DNA of 64,000 nt, taken from assembly GCA_977017575.1 (NCBI GenBank), contig CDRNVI010000029.1:962983-1026982 (forward strand). Reading direction: 5' to 3'. This document shows, piece by piece, positions 21,857 to 32,500 of this stretch. A program made the translations under genes and the position numbers. Source of the stretch: Paramoeba atlantica (Eukaryota; Protista; Discosea). How positions within the stretch are numbered: the first letter of the stretch is position 1; every line of letters begins with the position of its first letter. Below the pieces are notes generated by a model. It made no database searches and had not been told where the DNA came from. It saw nothing but the letters and a program-made list of their open reading frames with translations.

Positions 21857-22123
21857 TTATTGCTCGGCCAATGAATCCCTTTGCAATCGCTCAGCGCGAA
21901 GCTTCTCCGTGTGCTCTACCATTGTGGGATGAGTCATTCCAACAAATTTTCCTTGTTCGTCGTACACGGGTACAATTTCAGGCTTTTTTAACCGTGGAAA
22001 CGATGTTCTCCGATTCCCTAACATATACATAAGACCACCGAATGTAACTATAACATATAGGGCCGGGAGATGATATCTCAACTTTCTCCAACCCCGCATA
22101 TTTTCGTATTCTTTCAATACCAT
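21857..22123 (-). CDS. Small single-pass membrane protein, function unknown
   Basis: ATG at 22123; hydrophobic LPALYVIVTFGGLMYMLG segment. Confidence 0.55.
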   Translation of the reverse strand: MVLKEYENMRGWRKLRYHLPALYVIVTFGGLMYMLGNRRTSFPRLKKPEIVPVYDEQGKFVGMTHPTMVEHTEKLRAERLQRDSLAEQ

Positions 22124-22368
22124 GGAAGTTTTGGTAGCAAAAGGTTTTATGGAGAAAGAAACGATATAATCCTCCACTAACCAGACTTATACATACACAA
22201 TTACACACACACACACAATTATACTTGTACGTTGCGATGATTGTATAACTACCGCTCTACCCTCGATTTTTCAAAAAAACGTGTAAAATAAAGAGCGAAA
22301 AAATAAAGAGAAACACAGTAATATCGTCACCCCCCTCACTTGTTATTTTACCTATAACAAGATTACAT

Positions 22369-23139
22369 TCATAATCTAGAAGAAAAAAGCTTTGCAATCG
22401 TTTCTTCTAGCTGCCTCTCGTCAAGTTTTTCGGAGATCTGCAGCACATGACTAACCGTAAGAATGGTTTCCGTGGTATCTGCATGCACCCAAACCCGGCC
22501 ATTCAACCCTATCGCCACTTCAAATCGTGCGGCGCGTGACAACGCCTCCAGTACCGCGCTTTTGTCACGCAGCAGGTGTCGGGCATAGTGTGGGGAGACC
22601 GCGACCACGTTCCCCCCTTTCAAGGCCCCAAACTCCCCCTCCCCCGTGACCCAATCCTTGTGAGCCACCCCCACAGAGGCACAGCAGGTAATCTCGGGTT
22701 CCATGTCCCGATACGCGGTAAGCACACGGGCGTAGATCGTGTCCCCGGGATAGAGCCTCGGTCGGTTCTGCCGCGTTGCTCCATCAAACCCCACGTGACT
22801 GAGCACCGCGTTGTGGGCAGTGTTGACATCCACCACGTAGGACCCGGAGACGTCTTTTTGGACGACTCCGACCACCAAGTCCCCCTCTGCTGGGAGGTAG
22901 ATACGCCCCCGCGTGCGCACGCTCACGGTGACGGCATACGTTCCCTGTGTGGGAGGCAGCGCAGAGGATTCCACAGAGAGAATCCCAGCCTTCGTGCAAA
23001 TTAAAGTAGGAAATTCAGCGCTTTCTGAAGATGCACGATGCATGACGCCATCTCCCAGAGTGACTTCGCCACTGGTAGAGAGCTCGGCGATGATGTCCCC
23101 CGGCAGCACAACGCTGCCGGAGGCAAGAGAGAGATTCAT
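22369..23139 (-). CDS. RRP40: Exosome cap subunit RRP40 (EXOSC3)
   Basis: VVLPGD, YLPAEGDLVVGVV, FDGATRQNRPRL.PGD.IYARV and FEVAIGLNGRVWV; start at MNLSL (ATG 23139). Confidence 0.92.
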   Translation of the reverse strand: MNLSLASGSVVLPGDIIAELSTSGEVTLGDGVMHRASSESAEFPTLICTKAGILSVESSALPPTQGTYAVTVSVRTRGRIYLPAEGDLVVGVVQKDVSGSYVVDVNTAHNAVLSHVGFDGATRQNRPRLYPGDTIYARVLTAYRDMEPEITCCASVGVAHKDWVTGEGEFGALKGGNVVAVSPHYARHLLRDKSAVLEALSRAARFEVAIGLNGRVWVHADTTETILTVSHVLQISEKLDERQLEETIAKLFSSRL

Positions 23140-23317
23140 TTTTTCAACTGATTTCTTACAAAAACGAATATAAATATGAAATGTTGTTCGAGCTACATGA
23201 AAAAAATATTCGAAAGTATTGGGCATTTGCGGTCTATTTTGCCTACTGCATATCGCTAAACTGTACAAAAATGCTTTTTGTAAGAATGATCGTATTGTTT
23301 TATCAATTTTAAAATTT

Positions 23318-23409
23318 TCAGCGTCTTGTTAGGTAGCAAACTCGGTTGGGTCATCAGATGTATGCATTGTATGCACACATTTATGACAAATGCCTCGAGA
23401 AATCATCAC
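23318..23409 (-). ncRNA. Candidate box C/D snoRNA, copy 1 (guide antisense to LSU rRNA CAAAUGCCUCG)
   Basis: Minus strand has GTGATGA (C), guide CGAGGCATTTG, internal TGATGA (C') and CTGA (D); 92 nt; duplicated. Confidence 0.6.
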
Positions 23410-23536
23410 GAAGAATATGAAATAGAACACGCACTCCAATGAATTTTGATGTTCATGCACCCGTTGGCGCAGAGATACAGCCCTTGATGCGACGGCCGCA
23501 ATGGCGGATGTCGCACCAAGGGGTATTTGGCACGGA

Positions 23537-23684
23537 CTCTGTCGGTAGAGGGGGTCCAGGCAACTCGCTCTCATTTTACGCAGCTGGAGGAGCGTGCTGC
23601 AACTGACTCGGTCTCAGTCGGTAGAGGTGGTCCAGGCAACTCACCACCTCTTTACACAGCCGGAGAGGCGCACTGCAACCGACC
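23537..23684 (-). ncRNA. Two ~76-bp tandem units, candidate single-hairpin AGA-box (H/ACA-like) RNAs
   Basis: Each unit is closed by a GTCRGT/ACCGAC stem followed by AGA; internal hairpins differ between copies but keep pairing. Confidence 0.4.
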
Positions 23685-23781
23685 GCTGCCTCGGGATGAG
23701 ACGGAGAAGAGCCACGCCCAGTGGTCCTCCTTTTTGAAAGTAAGGTCGTAATACGACGTATTGTTTATGAATCCTAAAATT

Positions 23782-23873
23782 TCAGCGTATTGTTAGGTAG
23801 CAAACTCGGTTGGCTCATCAGATGTATGCATTGTATGCACACATTTATGACAAATGCCTCGAGAAATCATCAC
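23782..23873 (-). ncRNA. Candidate box C/D snoRNA, copy 2
   Basis: Near-identical to 23318-23409, offset 464 bp, all boxes conserved. Confidence 0.6.
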
Positions 23874-24765
23874 GAAGAATATGAAATAGAGCACCCATTT
23901 CAATTAAAAACGTTCCTTTTGTTACGAAGTTCCAAAGTGACTCTGCCAAACTTGCCAACACTTGATTTTATACGCCATTTGCACCTTGTTGACCCTTTTT
24001 ATTAGCCATGTCGTTCCTTCTCCATGCGTCCGCTGATGCAGCCAGGCTCGACCGGAGAACCGTAGAAAGAGGGGGAAAGATACTTTCTCGCGAGTAGCAG
24101 CTAACGCTACAGTTAATAATATTACAGGCACCACACAACAAGAGTAGGATGCGATTGATCGCCTCAAAATCAAGTTGATAACGCTTCACGGACCCGACCT
24201 CCACTACATGGAAACACATGCATGGGACACATGAGAGACGTGCATGTACATGTAAACACGAGAGGAACACGAAAGGAATAATGCACAAAAAAACAAGACC
24301 CTGTTGCCTCGCCTGCACAGCTTAAAACTAACGCAAACTCTCACGCAACACGATCCATGATCTTATCAGCAGGAGACTGTCATCCATACAAGAAAATGTT
24401 GATTCATTAGTAAGGGAAAACTGGATGGCACACGCGGATGAAAAAGGCTATTTCTATCCTTTCTCGATTGTCTGCGAGGTCAGAGCCTTCGAATAATGTC
24501 GGATGGTGCGTCGGGTGATGGAACTTAGCGATCCCAGCCTTCCGAGTAAATTCTGTGTATGAATACCTAAAGTGACATTACTCGGAGTACTATACTAATT
24601 ACAGAATTGATGCTTTATTCTTTTAACATGTAACCTAGAGAGTCGAATTAAGAGCCAAAGGCAGAAAGACGGCAAATTTCGAAAATGCTTAGAGCGCTAT
24701 ACTGTAGTGATTTCTGCCAATGTAGTACATTGGACTTATAGTTTTACAAAACCATAATGTAAAGA

Positions 24766-25341
24766 TTATTGTCCTCTCCTTTGAAATCGAGTGCTTTGCT
24801 GTTCTGTACTTACGAAGTGAGACGCTGTATTTATCCCTTTACTTGTCAAAAAAGATTCATATTCCTCATCGGTGGGTATTTGCCTAATAGAATCTGCACT
24901 ATTTGACCCCCCTCTTTCATTTGCTGGTGGATATACTTCTTTCAAAATCGCAGTCGAACTTGCGTTATTACTATCATCACTGCAAACAGGAAATGGTCCA
25001 TCCTTACCGTAGCGCCAATATTTCGAAAAATATGCCCAGGCCAAAAGAATTCCGGACACCGATTTCGCGTCGGCCACTTCGATATCCGCGTCCGATAAAT
25101 TCTGTAGCTCTTTCCAGGCAAATAACAAAATCGCCTTTCTATCGGTTGTTTCGGCTTTTAAGTGTAATCTTTTCAGATGTCCCAATCTAACAGCAATGCC
25201 AGATGAAAACTTTTTTACACTATCGGTATTACTCGGTTCACTTGAAGTTTCTTTTGCGTTATGAATTAATGGTGAAGATTTTAGCGACCCTGAGTAAAAT
25301 TGATAGGAAGACCGTATTAGAAGTCTATCACTGCATTTCAT
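24766..25341 (-). CDS. Hypothetical protein (191 aa)
   Basis: ATG ORF on the cluster strand with a structured-looking core (LLFAWKELQ..LLAWAYFSKYW). Confidence 0.6.
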   Translation of the reverse strand: MKCSDRLLIRSSYQFYSGSLKSSPLIHNAKETSSEPSNTDSVKKFSSGIAVRLGHLKRLHLKAETTDRKAILLFAWKELQNLSDADIEVADAKSVSGILLAWAYFSKYWRYGKDGPFPVCSDDSNNASSTAILKEVYPPANERGGSNSADSIRQIPTDEEYESFLTSKGINTASHFVSTEQQSTRFQRRGQ

Positions 25342-25707
25342 CCGAAAGGCCGTACGGTACAGGTTCCTGTTACCAAATATACTCCTTACAATATACCTGC
25401 TTTACACAAGATAAACTACTAGAAATGCTCCGCCGTTCAATTACACATTGATGGTAATATGGTTGGTTAAGAGAAGACTAATTTTTTGACTTGGGTTTAA
25501 AAGGAAAGGAAATCAAGAAGGAAAAGTCACACATTGATAATAATCAAAGCCAATGGAAGGATTAAAGTCGCGGAAACGCAGAGCGTGTTGCACTCCGATA
25601 TGCAAGAAGCAGCTCTAGTAATACAACTCTAGCAACTTTATGCATTCTGCGGGCGAAACGTCCACGTAGAATCAAAAGGCAAACTGAGAACAATGTGATC
25701 AAATTAG

Positions 25708-25899
25708 CTAATCTGACCACTGACCCGTTTTTCGGGTTTCATTAGCGATCTCTGCATTTTTATTGGCGTCCTGATTGGCCAAACAGTAAGCTTGTGAAAC
25801 AGGATCCATACAGGGGATTGGAACTGCGCTATTCCGACGAAATTCCTCCAAATCATCCGGTACACCGATGTCAATTTTGGTAAGCGGTCGACGAATCAT
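25708..25899 (-). CDS. Putative APC/C subunit CDC26/Apc12-like small protein
   Basis: N-terminus MIRRPLTKIDIGVPDDLEEF resembles the CDC26 signature MLRRKPTRLELKLDDIEEF. Confidence 0.55.
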   Translation of the reverse strand: MIRRPLTKIDIGVPDDLEEFRRNSAVPIPCMDPVSQAYCLANQDANKNAEIANETRKTGQWSD

Positions 25900-26207
25900 T
25901 CTGATTATTTACATAACAATTGTTGCTTATCAATTGAAGAATGCTAGTATGGTACAATTTACACTGGCGGAAAGGACGAGGGTGTAATAATAATCGAAAG
26001 GTACAAGCATCGCCTATTATCTGCCTACTTCGCACATACATCTTCACTTACTCTTACTTACACTTGTATACATCTTCAATTAGTGACACAAATCGTACGA
26101 CACAAATCATAGTGATACTATGACGAAAAATAAGTTGTTATAAATGCTTCCGTCAATTGAACCGATACTGTAACTAGAAACTATGTCTGAGTTTGCAGAT
26201 TAGAAAA

Positions 26208-27740
26208 TCACTTCGTAGAGATATCTTCTATGGAGGATTTCTGTTGAGCGCACGAAAGAATTTTCCGCGCAAGCGCACTAGTGGCGATAATGCTTATATC
26301 ACGGAGAGACATCCATTGGCCGCTTTCGTCACGGTCTGCTGCTTCACTCAAGTCAAGGACTTCATTGCCAAGGGTCTCAAAAACGGATTTCTCTTCCTGT
26401 TTGAGTGGATCAGTGGTTTCCATTTTTGCCTTCCGGGACTTGCATTTCGTCCTCGTAGGTTGAGGTTCGGGCTGTCTTGGTGAGATGCTTTCCTCTGAGC
26501 TATGTAGGCAAAACAGGCCAGAAAAGACTCGAACGGTCATGTGAATGTGAGAAAAAATGTGGACAATTTCACCGTTTGAAGAAATGGACCCGGCCTCAGC
26601 TCCCGAACATTGGGCAGCTTTATGAAGAGTTGTCTTGATCTTCGAAAGTGTTGCGCTCTTCGCGACGGTAATAGTAGGAAAATCCCATAAATTCGCCAGT
26701 AAGCCATTAGGTGGCCTCTTCGACATCCACACAGATTCCGCCTCCTTGTTAAAAATAACTAACGCAGCAACGGTCTCGCGCCTCACTTTGGATCGTTTCG
26801 CTTTCACGTCAAGATTATTCGATTCATCTGTCCTCCGAAGCTTTCCCTTTGATCTTTTTGAAACTCGTGCAGGTTTTTCTCTACTTACTTTACCTCCGTT
26901 CGACTCTGAGAGTTCCGGACTTATCTCACGTGTATTCCTCAGCGGGATAACCCCGGCAATCCCCCCTTCACCCAACTTCCCCTCCTTTTGCAGCGCCAGC
27001 GCCCTACAATGCGCACGAACCGGGCACCCCTCACACCGCACCACCTTCGGCATACACACCGTCGCCCCGAGCTCCATCACCGCTTGATTCCACTCCCCGG
27101 GGTTCTCCTGTCGCATCATCCGGGTCGCCAACGCCGTCACCCGTCGCTGATCCCCCGGCCTCTTCACATCCAACCCCCGCACCCCCCCGAGCCTCGCATA
27201 CACCCGCGTGACATTCCCATCCACCGCCGCGGCCCCCACCCCGAACGCCATCGAGGCAATCGCGGCTGCCGTGTAGGGTCCAATCCCGGGGATCTCCCGC
27301 AGCTCGGGGACGGAGCCCGGGAGCTCCCCGCCCCACCTCCCCACCACGAGCTGCGCCCCCGCGTGCAGCCCCCGGGCGCGTCGGTAGTACCCGAGCCCGG
27401 ACCACAGCCCGTGGACCTCCTCGAGGGAGGCCGCGGCGAGGGCGGCGGGGGTGGGGAAGCGGGCCATCCAGGCCGCCCAGTACGGGAGTACGGTGGCGAC
27501 GCGGGTCTGCTGGGACATGACCTCGGCGACCCAGATGGCGTAGGGGGAGGGGGTGTGGGGGGGGCGCCAGGGGAGGGGGCGGTGCGCGGTGGTGTACCAC
27601 GAGGAGAGGGCGCGGTGGAAGCCGGGGAGGTCCTCGAGGTCGGGGAGGGGAGCGGGGGAGGGGGAGGGGGGAGCGGGGGGGGTGGTGGTGGGAGGTGGGG
27701 AGGAGGGAAGGGGGGGTTTCGGAGGGATAGGGTGTCGCAT
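26208..27740 (-). CDS. mutY: A/G-specific adenine DNA glycosylase
   Basis: WVAEVMSQQTRV, WSGLGYYRRAR, HhH PGIGPYTA, VDGNVTRV, Fe-S C-X6-C-X2-C-X5-C and NUDIX-like GLLANLWDFP. Confidence 0.95.
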   Translation of the reverse strand: MRHPIPPKPPLPSSPPPTTTPPAPPSPSPAPLPDLEDLPGFHRALSSWYTTAHRPLPWRPPHTPSPYAIWVAEVMSQQTRVATVLPYWAAWMARFPTPAALAAASLEEVHGLWSGLGYYRRARGLHAGAQLVVGRWGGELPGSVPELREIPGIGPYTAAAIASMAFGVGAAAVDGNVTRVYARLGGVRGLDVKRPGDQRRVTALATRMMRQENPGEWNQAVMELGATVCMPKVVRCEGCPVRAHCRALALQKEGKLGEGGIAGVIPLRNTREISPELSESNGGKVSREKPARVSKRSKGKLRRTDESNNLDVKAKRSKVRRETVAALVIFNKEAESVWMSKRPPNGLLANLWDFPTITVAKSATLSKIKTTLHKAAQCSGAEAGSISSNGEIVHIFSHIHMTVRVFSGLFCLHSSEESISPRQPEPQPTRTKCKSRKAKMETTDPLKQEEKSVFETLGNEVLDLSEAADRDESGQWMSLRDISIIATSALARKILSCAQQKSSIEDISTK

Positions 27741-27936
27741 TTGGCGTGAAGGGTAGGGGGTAGGGAAAAGATAGAATGTGAATAGGAGTGTAATGCGGTG
27801 GTTGGATAGCTAGCGCTGTGTACGCTTGATTATGGCTAAAAGGTGAACAAAAACAAAGGAAAAACAGTACCGTGCTCGAGTACTTCGGAAGGAGGAACCT
27901 TTTTTTCTATTTTAGTCGGCTTGGTAAACCCCCAGA

Positions 27937-28002
27937 TAGTTTTCAACGTAAAGCGCGCAGCAGTGCCTTCCACGTCGGAAACAACTACCGCGTTTAAGGA
28001 AG
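27937..28002. repeat. Degenerate copy of the ~65-bp dispersed repeat
   Basis: TAGTTTTCAACG..AAGCGCGCAGC..AAACAAC.ACCGCGTTTAA.GAAG shared with 21583-21652. Confidence 0.75.
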
Positions 28003-28096
28003 TGACAATAAGAAGACATTCTCTGAATGTCATCATTGGCATTCAGGCTGGAGCAAAATCAGATAATGTACAAAGTGTCCAAAGTGATAGTGGTCG

Positions 28097-29239
28097 TTAG
28101 TACACAGACTTTGGCATACGCGGACCATTCCTAGGGATGGGGGTCACATCCTCCATGTAACACACAACGAATTTGTCCCTTCGGTCCACGAGGGCCTTCA
28201 GCGCACCCTGTCTTCCATTGTAAAATCCCATGACGCGAACGACCAGTTGTATTTTACCAGATCTTCGACTCGAGGGAGCACCGGTGGCAGTGTTTTCTAG
28301 TGCCACAAGTTTAGGATACACAAGATCAAGGTACTTGGAAGCAACCATATGCCCTGTCTCCGAGGAACCCTCGGATCTCCATCCTTTCTCCCCGTGTTTT
28401 AATCCAAGCTTCCCCGCGGACATGGTGGTGTGAATGCATTTACCATCAATGTCAAAAATGACAGCATACGTGTTTCGACGACGAGAGATCAGGTACAGAA
28501 AATACATGTCACGGGTGTATCGCGGCATCTCAGCCCATAAATCTAAATTTTCGTGAAAGTTTACATCACCGGAAGGATACTGAGTCGTGTCTCTCCACTT
28601 TTTAAGAAGCGAGAACCCGTGCATCTCCTCAAACTCCTGGGCATTACGTATGGCTGGGGGCAAGGAAGAAGTCTCGGGTGGGCTGGAAAGTGTTGTTTTC
28701 GCTATGTCTATGGAATTTTCTTCGGAATCATCCAATGGGTTCACGTCTGAGTGTGTCGCTTCATCCTTAGGTCGAGCAAAGCGCGAGGCATTGCGAAGGT
28801 ACCACTCGGCGGCGTTGTAGTGTCGGTCCGTAATGTACTTGTCATTCGCTTGCATAGCCTTTATTTCATTGTGTAAGTTAGCCTCTGTGGCAAAACGTGA
28901 CTCGGGAGTAATATCATGTCCCGGTATTTGTACGTGTCGAAGGATTTCGTCATCTCGACCGATGCGGTCTGATGCCTCCTCGGGAGTCTGATGGATTTCT
29001 TCTCTCAAAGACGTTTTTGAGTCCGCGGTGACGTCTCGTGGTTCTGTAAAAGCTTGGAGAGCGGCATCAATGCCACGATGAGCCTCTTGATTCGCTCTTT
29101 CCAGAAGTAAACTCTCAAACATTTGTTGTCCTCCTTGCTGCGGTCGTAAAGTAGTGGGCTCTCGACGCCACTTATCACCATAGGCCGATGGTTTCGGCTT
29201 ACGCTTTCCGCGCCGTAGAAGATACAAGCAACGTCGCAT
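28097..29239 (-). CDS. Mitochondrial small-subunit ribosomal protein uS11m, extended kinetoplastid type
   Basis: C-terminal S11 fold (RNTYAVIFD, SAGKLGLK, VRVMGF..GRQGAL, EDVTPIPRNG); Arg-rich presequence from ATG 29239. Confidence 0.8.
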   Translation of the reverse strand: MRRCLYLLRRGKRKPKPSAYGDKWRREPTTLRPQQGGQQMFESLLLERANQEAHRGIDAALQAFTEPRDVTADSKTSLREEIHQTPEEASDRIGRDDEILRHVQIPGHDITPESRFATEANLHNEIKAMQANDKYITDRHYNAAEWYLRNASRFARPKDEATHSDVNPLDDSEENSIDIAKTTLSSPPETSSLPPAIRNAQEFEEMHGFSLLKKWRDTTQYPSGDVNFHENLDLWAEMPRYTRDMYFLYLISRRRNTYAVIFDIDGKCIHTTMSAGKLGLKHGEKGWRSEGSSETGHMVASKYLDLVYPKLVALENTATGAPSSRRSGKIQLVVRVMGFYNGRQGALKALVDRRDKFVVCYMEDVTPIPRNGPRMPKSVY

Positions 29240-29517
29240 AAAAAAGAGCTTTTGGTGGACAAAATACTGTAAAGCACTGAATAGTGTCAAAAATAAGAAA
29301 ATAATTTGTGAAGAGAAAAAAAGTACGATTGTAACACGACTGAAGAAATATTTGCACGTCATTCTGTAAGAGCAGCATTCTCATATTTAAGAAGAGAATT
29401 TAAGAATCTGAAAGGCCGGAAAGAATGGCAAAATGTTTTGGGCAGGAATGTATTTTATCGATTAAAAGTAGAACTTGTCAAGTACATCAGTACCACTTGC
29501 AAGCGACGACTATTGTG

Positions 29518-32500
29518 TTAAAATAGTTGGGGGATGGCATGCAGCCTCTGCAAAGTTGTGTATGTTCTTCGGGCTAGATGAGGCCCAAAATATTCAATAG
29601 AAGCCAATAGAGATGGAAGTTTCTCCGGGTAATTGAGAACCGCATCCTTGCACTCTAGAATTCGGCGGAGAACCTTTACAACCGCTTCTTCATCATCGAT
29701 ATCAAGGGCCTGTAAGGTCGATAGCAAATCGGTCAACGTGGCAAACGAGAATGTATCCAGAGCCTCTAAAGTACGGTGAGTCAAGTTAGGCACTACAGTG
29801 TCAAGCATTTGGTACGTTTCCGCGAAACTGGACTTCTGCAACTGCGTGACGGAACGTAGGGCCTCGAGGCAAAGAGAGGAAGGTACACGAAACATGATAG
29901 TTCTCCCACGAGTAAGAATTAGCTTTGTGATACGTAGAAGTTTCGGAAGGTCAGCTCCATCATACGCGCGAACAATCATTGTAGCGGACGTGGGAGTTAT
30001 AGCGTACCGGGTTTCCTGTTCCCCTTCTGGTGAAGAAGAACTCATGCTTTCATTTATCAACGTTTCCATGTGATGCAAAATTTCTTTGCGCGAGAGGGAC
30101 ATATGAGCTTCGTCATTGTCATCGAAGGTGCTGCAGGTTGCGTTGACGATACTTGCCAAAGTATTCATGTCTTGCCAAGGAAGGGTAGTACATTGAACGT
30201 CACGGAGTGGAAGGTACTGTGCCGCGCAAGGATGATACAACAGTACGGTGGCCATGTCCTCTCCTTGAAGCGCGGAACAAAGATAAGTAAGTTGATTCTT
30301 CATATTCCCTAAGTCGAGTCCGGGTAACTTGGAGGCCGCACACAACGACAAAACAATATCTTTGCGTGGGTGACTGCCTTTTGCAAAACTAAGTGCATAT
30401 TCTCCTATTAACATAACCGTATGAGGTTGAAGGAGCGCAGCCCATCGGTGGCAAAAGTCAATAATTTGTACCAAGAAAGATCCGTTAATCACGCACTTCT
30501 CCAGAAGGACTTTTATGATATTGTGTAGAGGCTGCTGTATCTTCTCCTGGTACCGTAACATTGTGTTCATCAGCGTAAGTAGGTGGTTTCCTTTCCACGA
30601 AGTCCCAGAAATAGTACGCAATCGATCCACAAGTGGTTGCCAAACTTCTGTACTTTCACATATCCCGCAGGCAGCAAGCGTTGAAAGAAGAGTCGTGACC
30701 TCATATCCATTCAAGCGTGGTGCAAGATCTCGCAAGATCCATAAAATTTGGGAAATACCCACCCGCCGGGGTGCTTTGCTAAGTGTTTGAAGAGACCAAT
30801 TACAGTCCATTGCAGTGCCTTCCTTAAGTAAGCGGTGAAAGCATTTCCGAAGGAGCAGCATTTCATCTGGGCTGTGATTCATGCATTCGTTTGCCATAAA
30901 CACGACAAGTTCCTGTAGTTTTAGAATCTGAACTCCAGGGAATACTTTTTGCTTAAGATCATGCAGTAAGTTGGCGTCGTGAAAATATGGTTGCCCAACT
31001 GCTGCACACATTCTGGTAGCTTGTGCTGAAGATAGTAACGGAAGTTTCTTCTCCATTGATCCACAGAGAAGCTCGCCCACTTCGTACGGTAAGTTCTCAT
31101 AGCGAAACATGGGTAGGCAAAACTGGGTGAATTCCATTGAATTCATTGAAGGTAAAAGACGGTGCATGTGGGGCAGGATTGCTTCGACAACTCTACAGGA
31201 CATTTCTTCCCCTTTCGTGTACGCCTTGAGAAGATATCCTAATTGCTGGCTGCTTAAATGAGAACCCGTCTTCAGAATTCTAACAGTTTTCTGGGTGGTA
31301 TTGCTTAGATCAGCCCCTATGCGGCTAAGACAGAGGACCACGCTCCCAATATTTTCCTCGTTGAGCGAAATTTGATGAAAACTTTTGATCAAGTGAATTT
31401 TCACTTCTTCTCTAGCATCGTAGCTGTGTCTAACAAGCTGAACTATTAGATTGGTAAGCGTTGAAGCCGAATATTCTTCAAATGAAGTGCAGCAAACCAA
31501 GGAAGAAGAAAACTCGGCGAAATCAAGATCCTTTTCAGAATTCAAGGACTCCCATGAATTGAGGATACGGGCAAGTTGTACTGGGTTAATTTCAATTTCT
31601 CGCAAACGTGAAATACAAGCATCTTGTAAATCGCGATCCAGAGTAATAGAAAACTGTTTTGCAATTGATGCAATCCAGCTGATACTTTCGGCAAACCCAT
31701 TCGTCAGTATTAAAGATGAAAGCTGTTTAATGCACTTAACGGATGGATATCCGAGTACTGTGTATGCGTAGGCAGTTTGAATCGTGCTATCCGACTTTAG
31801 TAGCCCCCGAGTAGAAAAGTAAGCGTTGTCAATCTCCTTTCGTATATTCTCACTTTTCCATTTCGCCTGAAGGAAAACGCCTCGAATAAGAAACGGAATT
31901 TCGCTGGCGTCTAAACTTTTGGACCTAATGCATTGAATTACAAAGGGCTCAATAACTTTCATAAGCGTGCCAAGTATTTCCACACCTGTCTCACTGCGTG
32001 ACAATAAATAGACCATGTGCGCCACATCTTTCATGTTTTTTGTGCGCAAGTAGACTAGACAATGCGCGTCCTGGGAAATCCATTCGAAGTCGTACGCATC
32101 CCGTCGGCCAAAAGCCAGTATAACTTCCAGAACCACAGCAGCCGTTTTCTTGTCATTATGCGTCGCTGCCCAAACGAATTGGGATAGCGACTGAAAGGAC
32201 ACGAGACGATAGTTGCTCCGGTCTGAAAGAAGAGGCCATATGACTCGAAATGTCATTTCCGACCGTCTGTCCTTCAGAACATCAATATACAGATTTGAAG
32301 CGAAAGGGCTCAGCGGGACGGTTTGGGCCACAACTGCTATGGGAATTTTTTCTAGCAAAGCTTTTAATATGTCTTTGTTAGGCGTAACAATTTTAATAAA
32401 GACCTGAAAGAGATATAGGCAGTCGTGAGGAGATATTTTATTTGCAATGGCAATCTTCATGTTCTGCGTAATATGAGTATGTTGGCTGTAGTCTTGATCT

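Noticed and set aside
24295-24306. AAGACCCTGTTG, 12 nt identical to LSU rRNA, as another snoRNA guide
   Set aside because: No D/D' box adjacent and no C box at a suitable distance; a 12-mer match to rRNA is plausible by chance.
26988-27749. Numerous Pro/Gly/Arg-rich overlapping ORFs in the skew islands (also 39301-40223, 51202-52352, 55466-55924)
   Set aside because: Stop-poor frames are expected in GC-rich homopolymeric DNA; no domain signatures.
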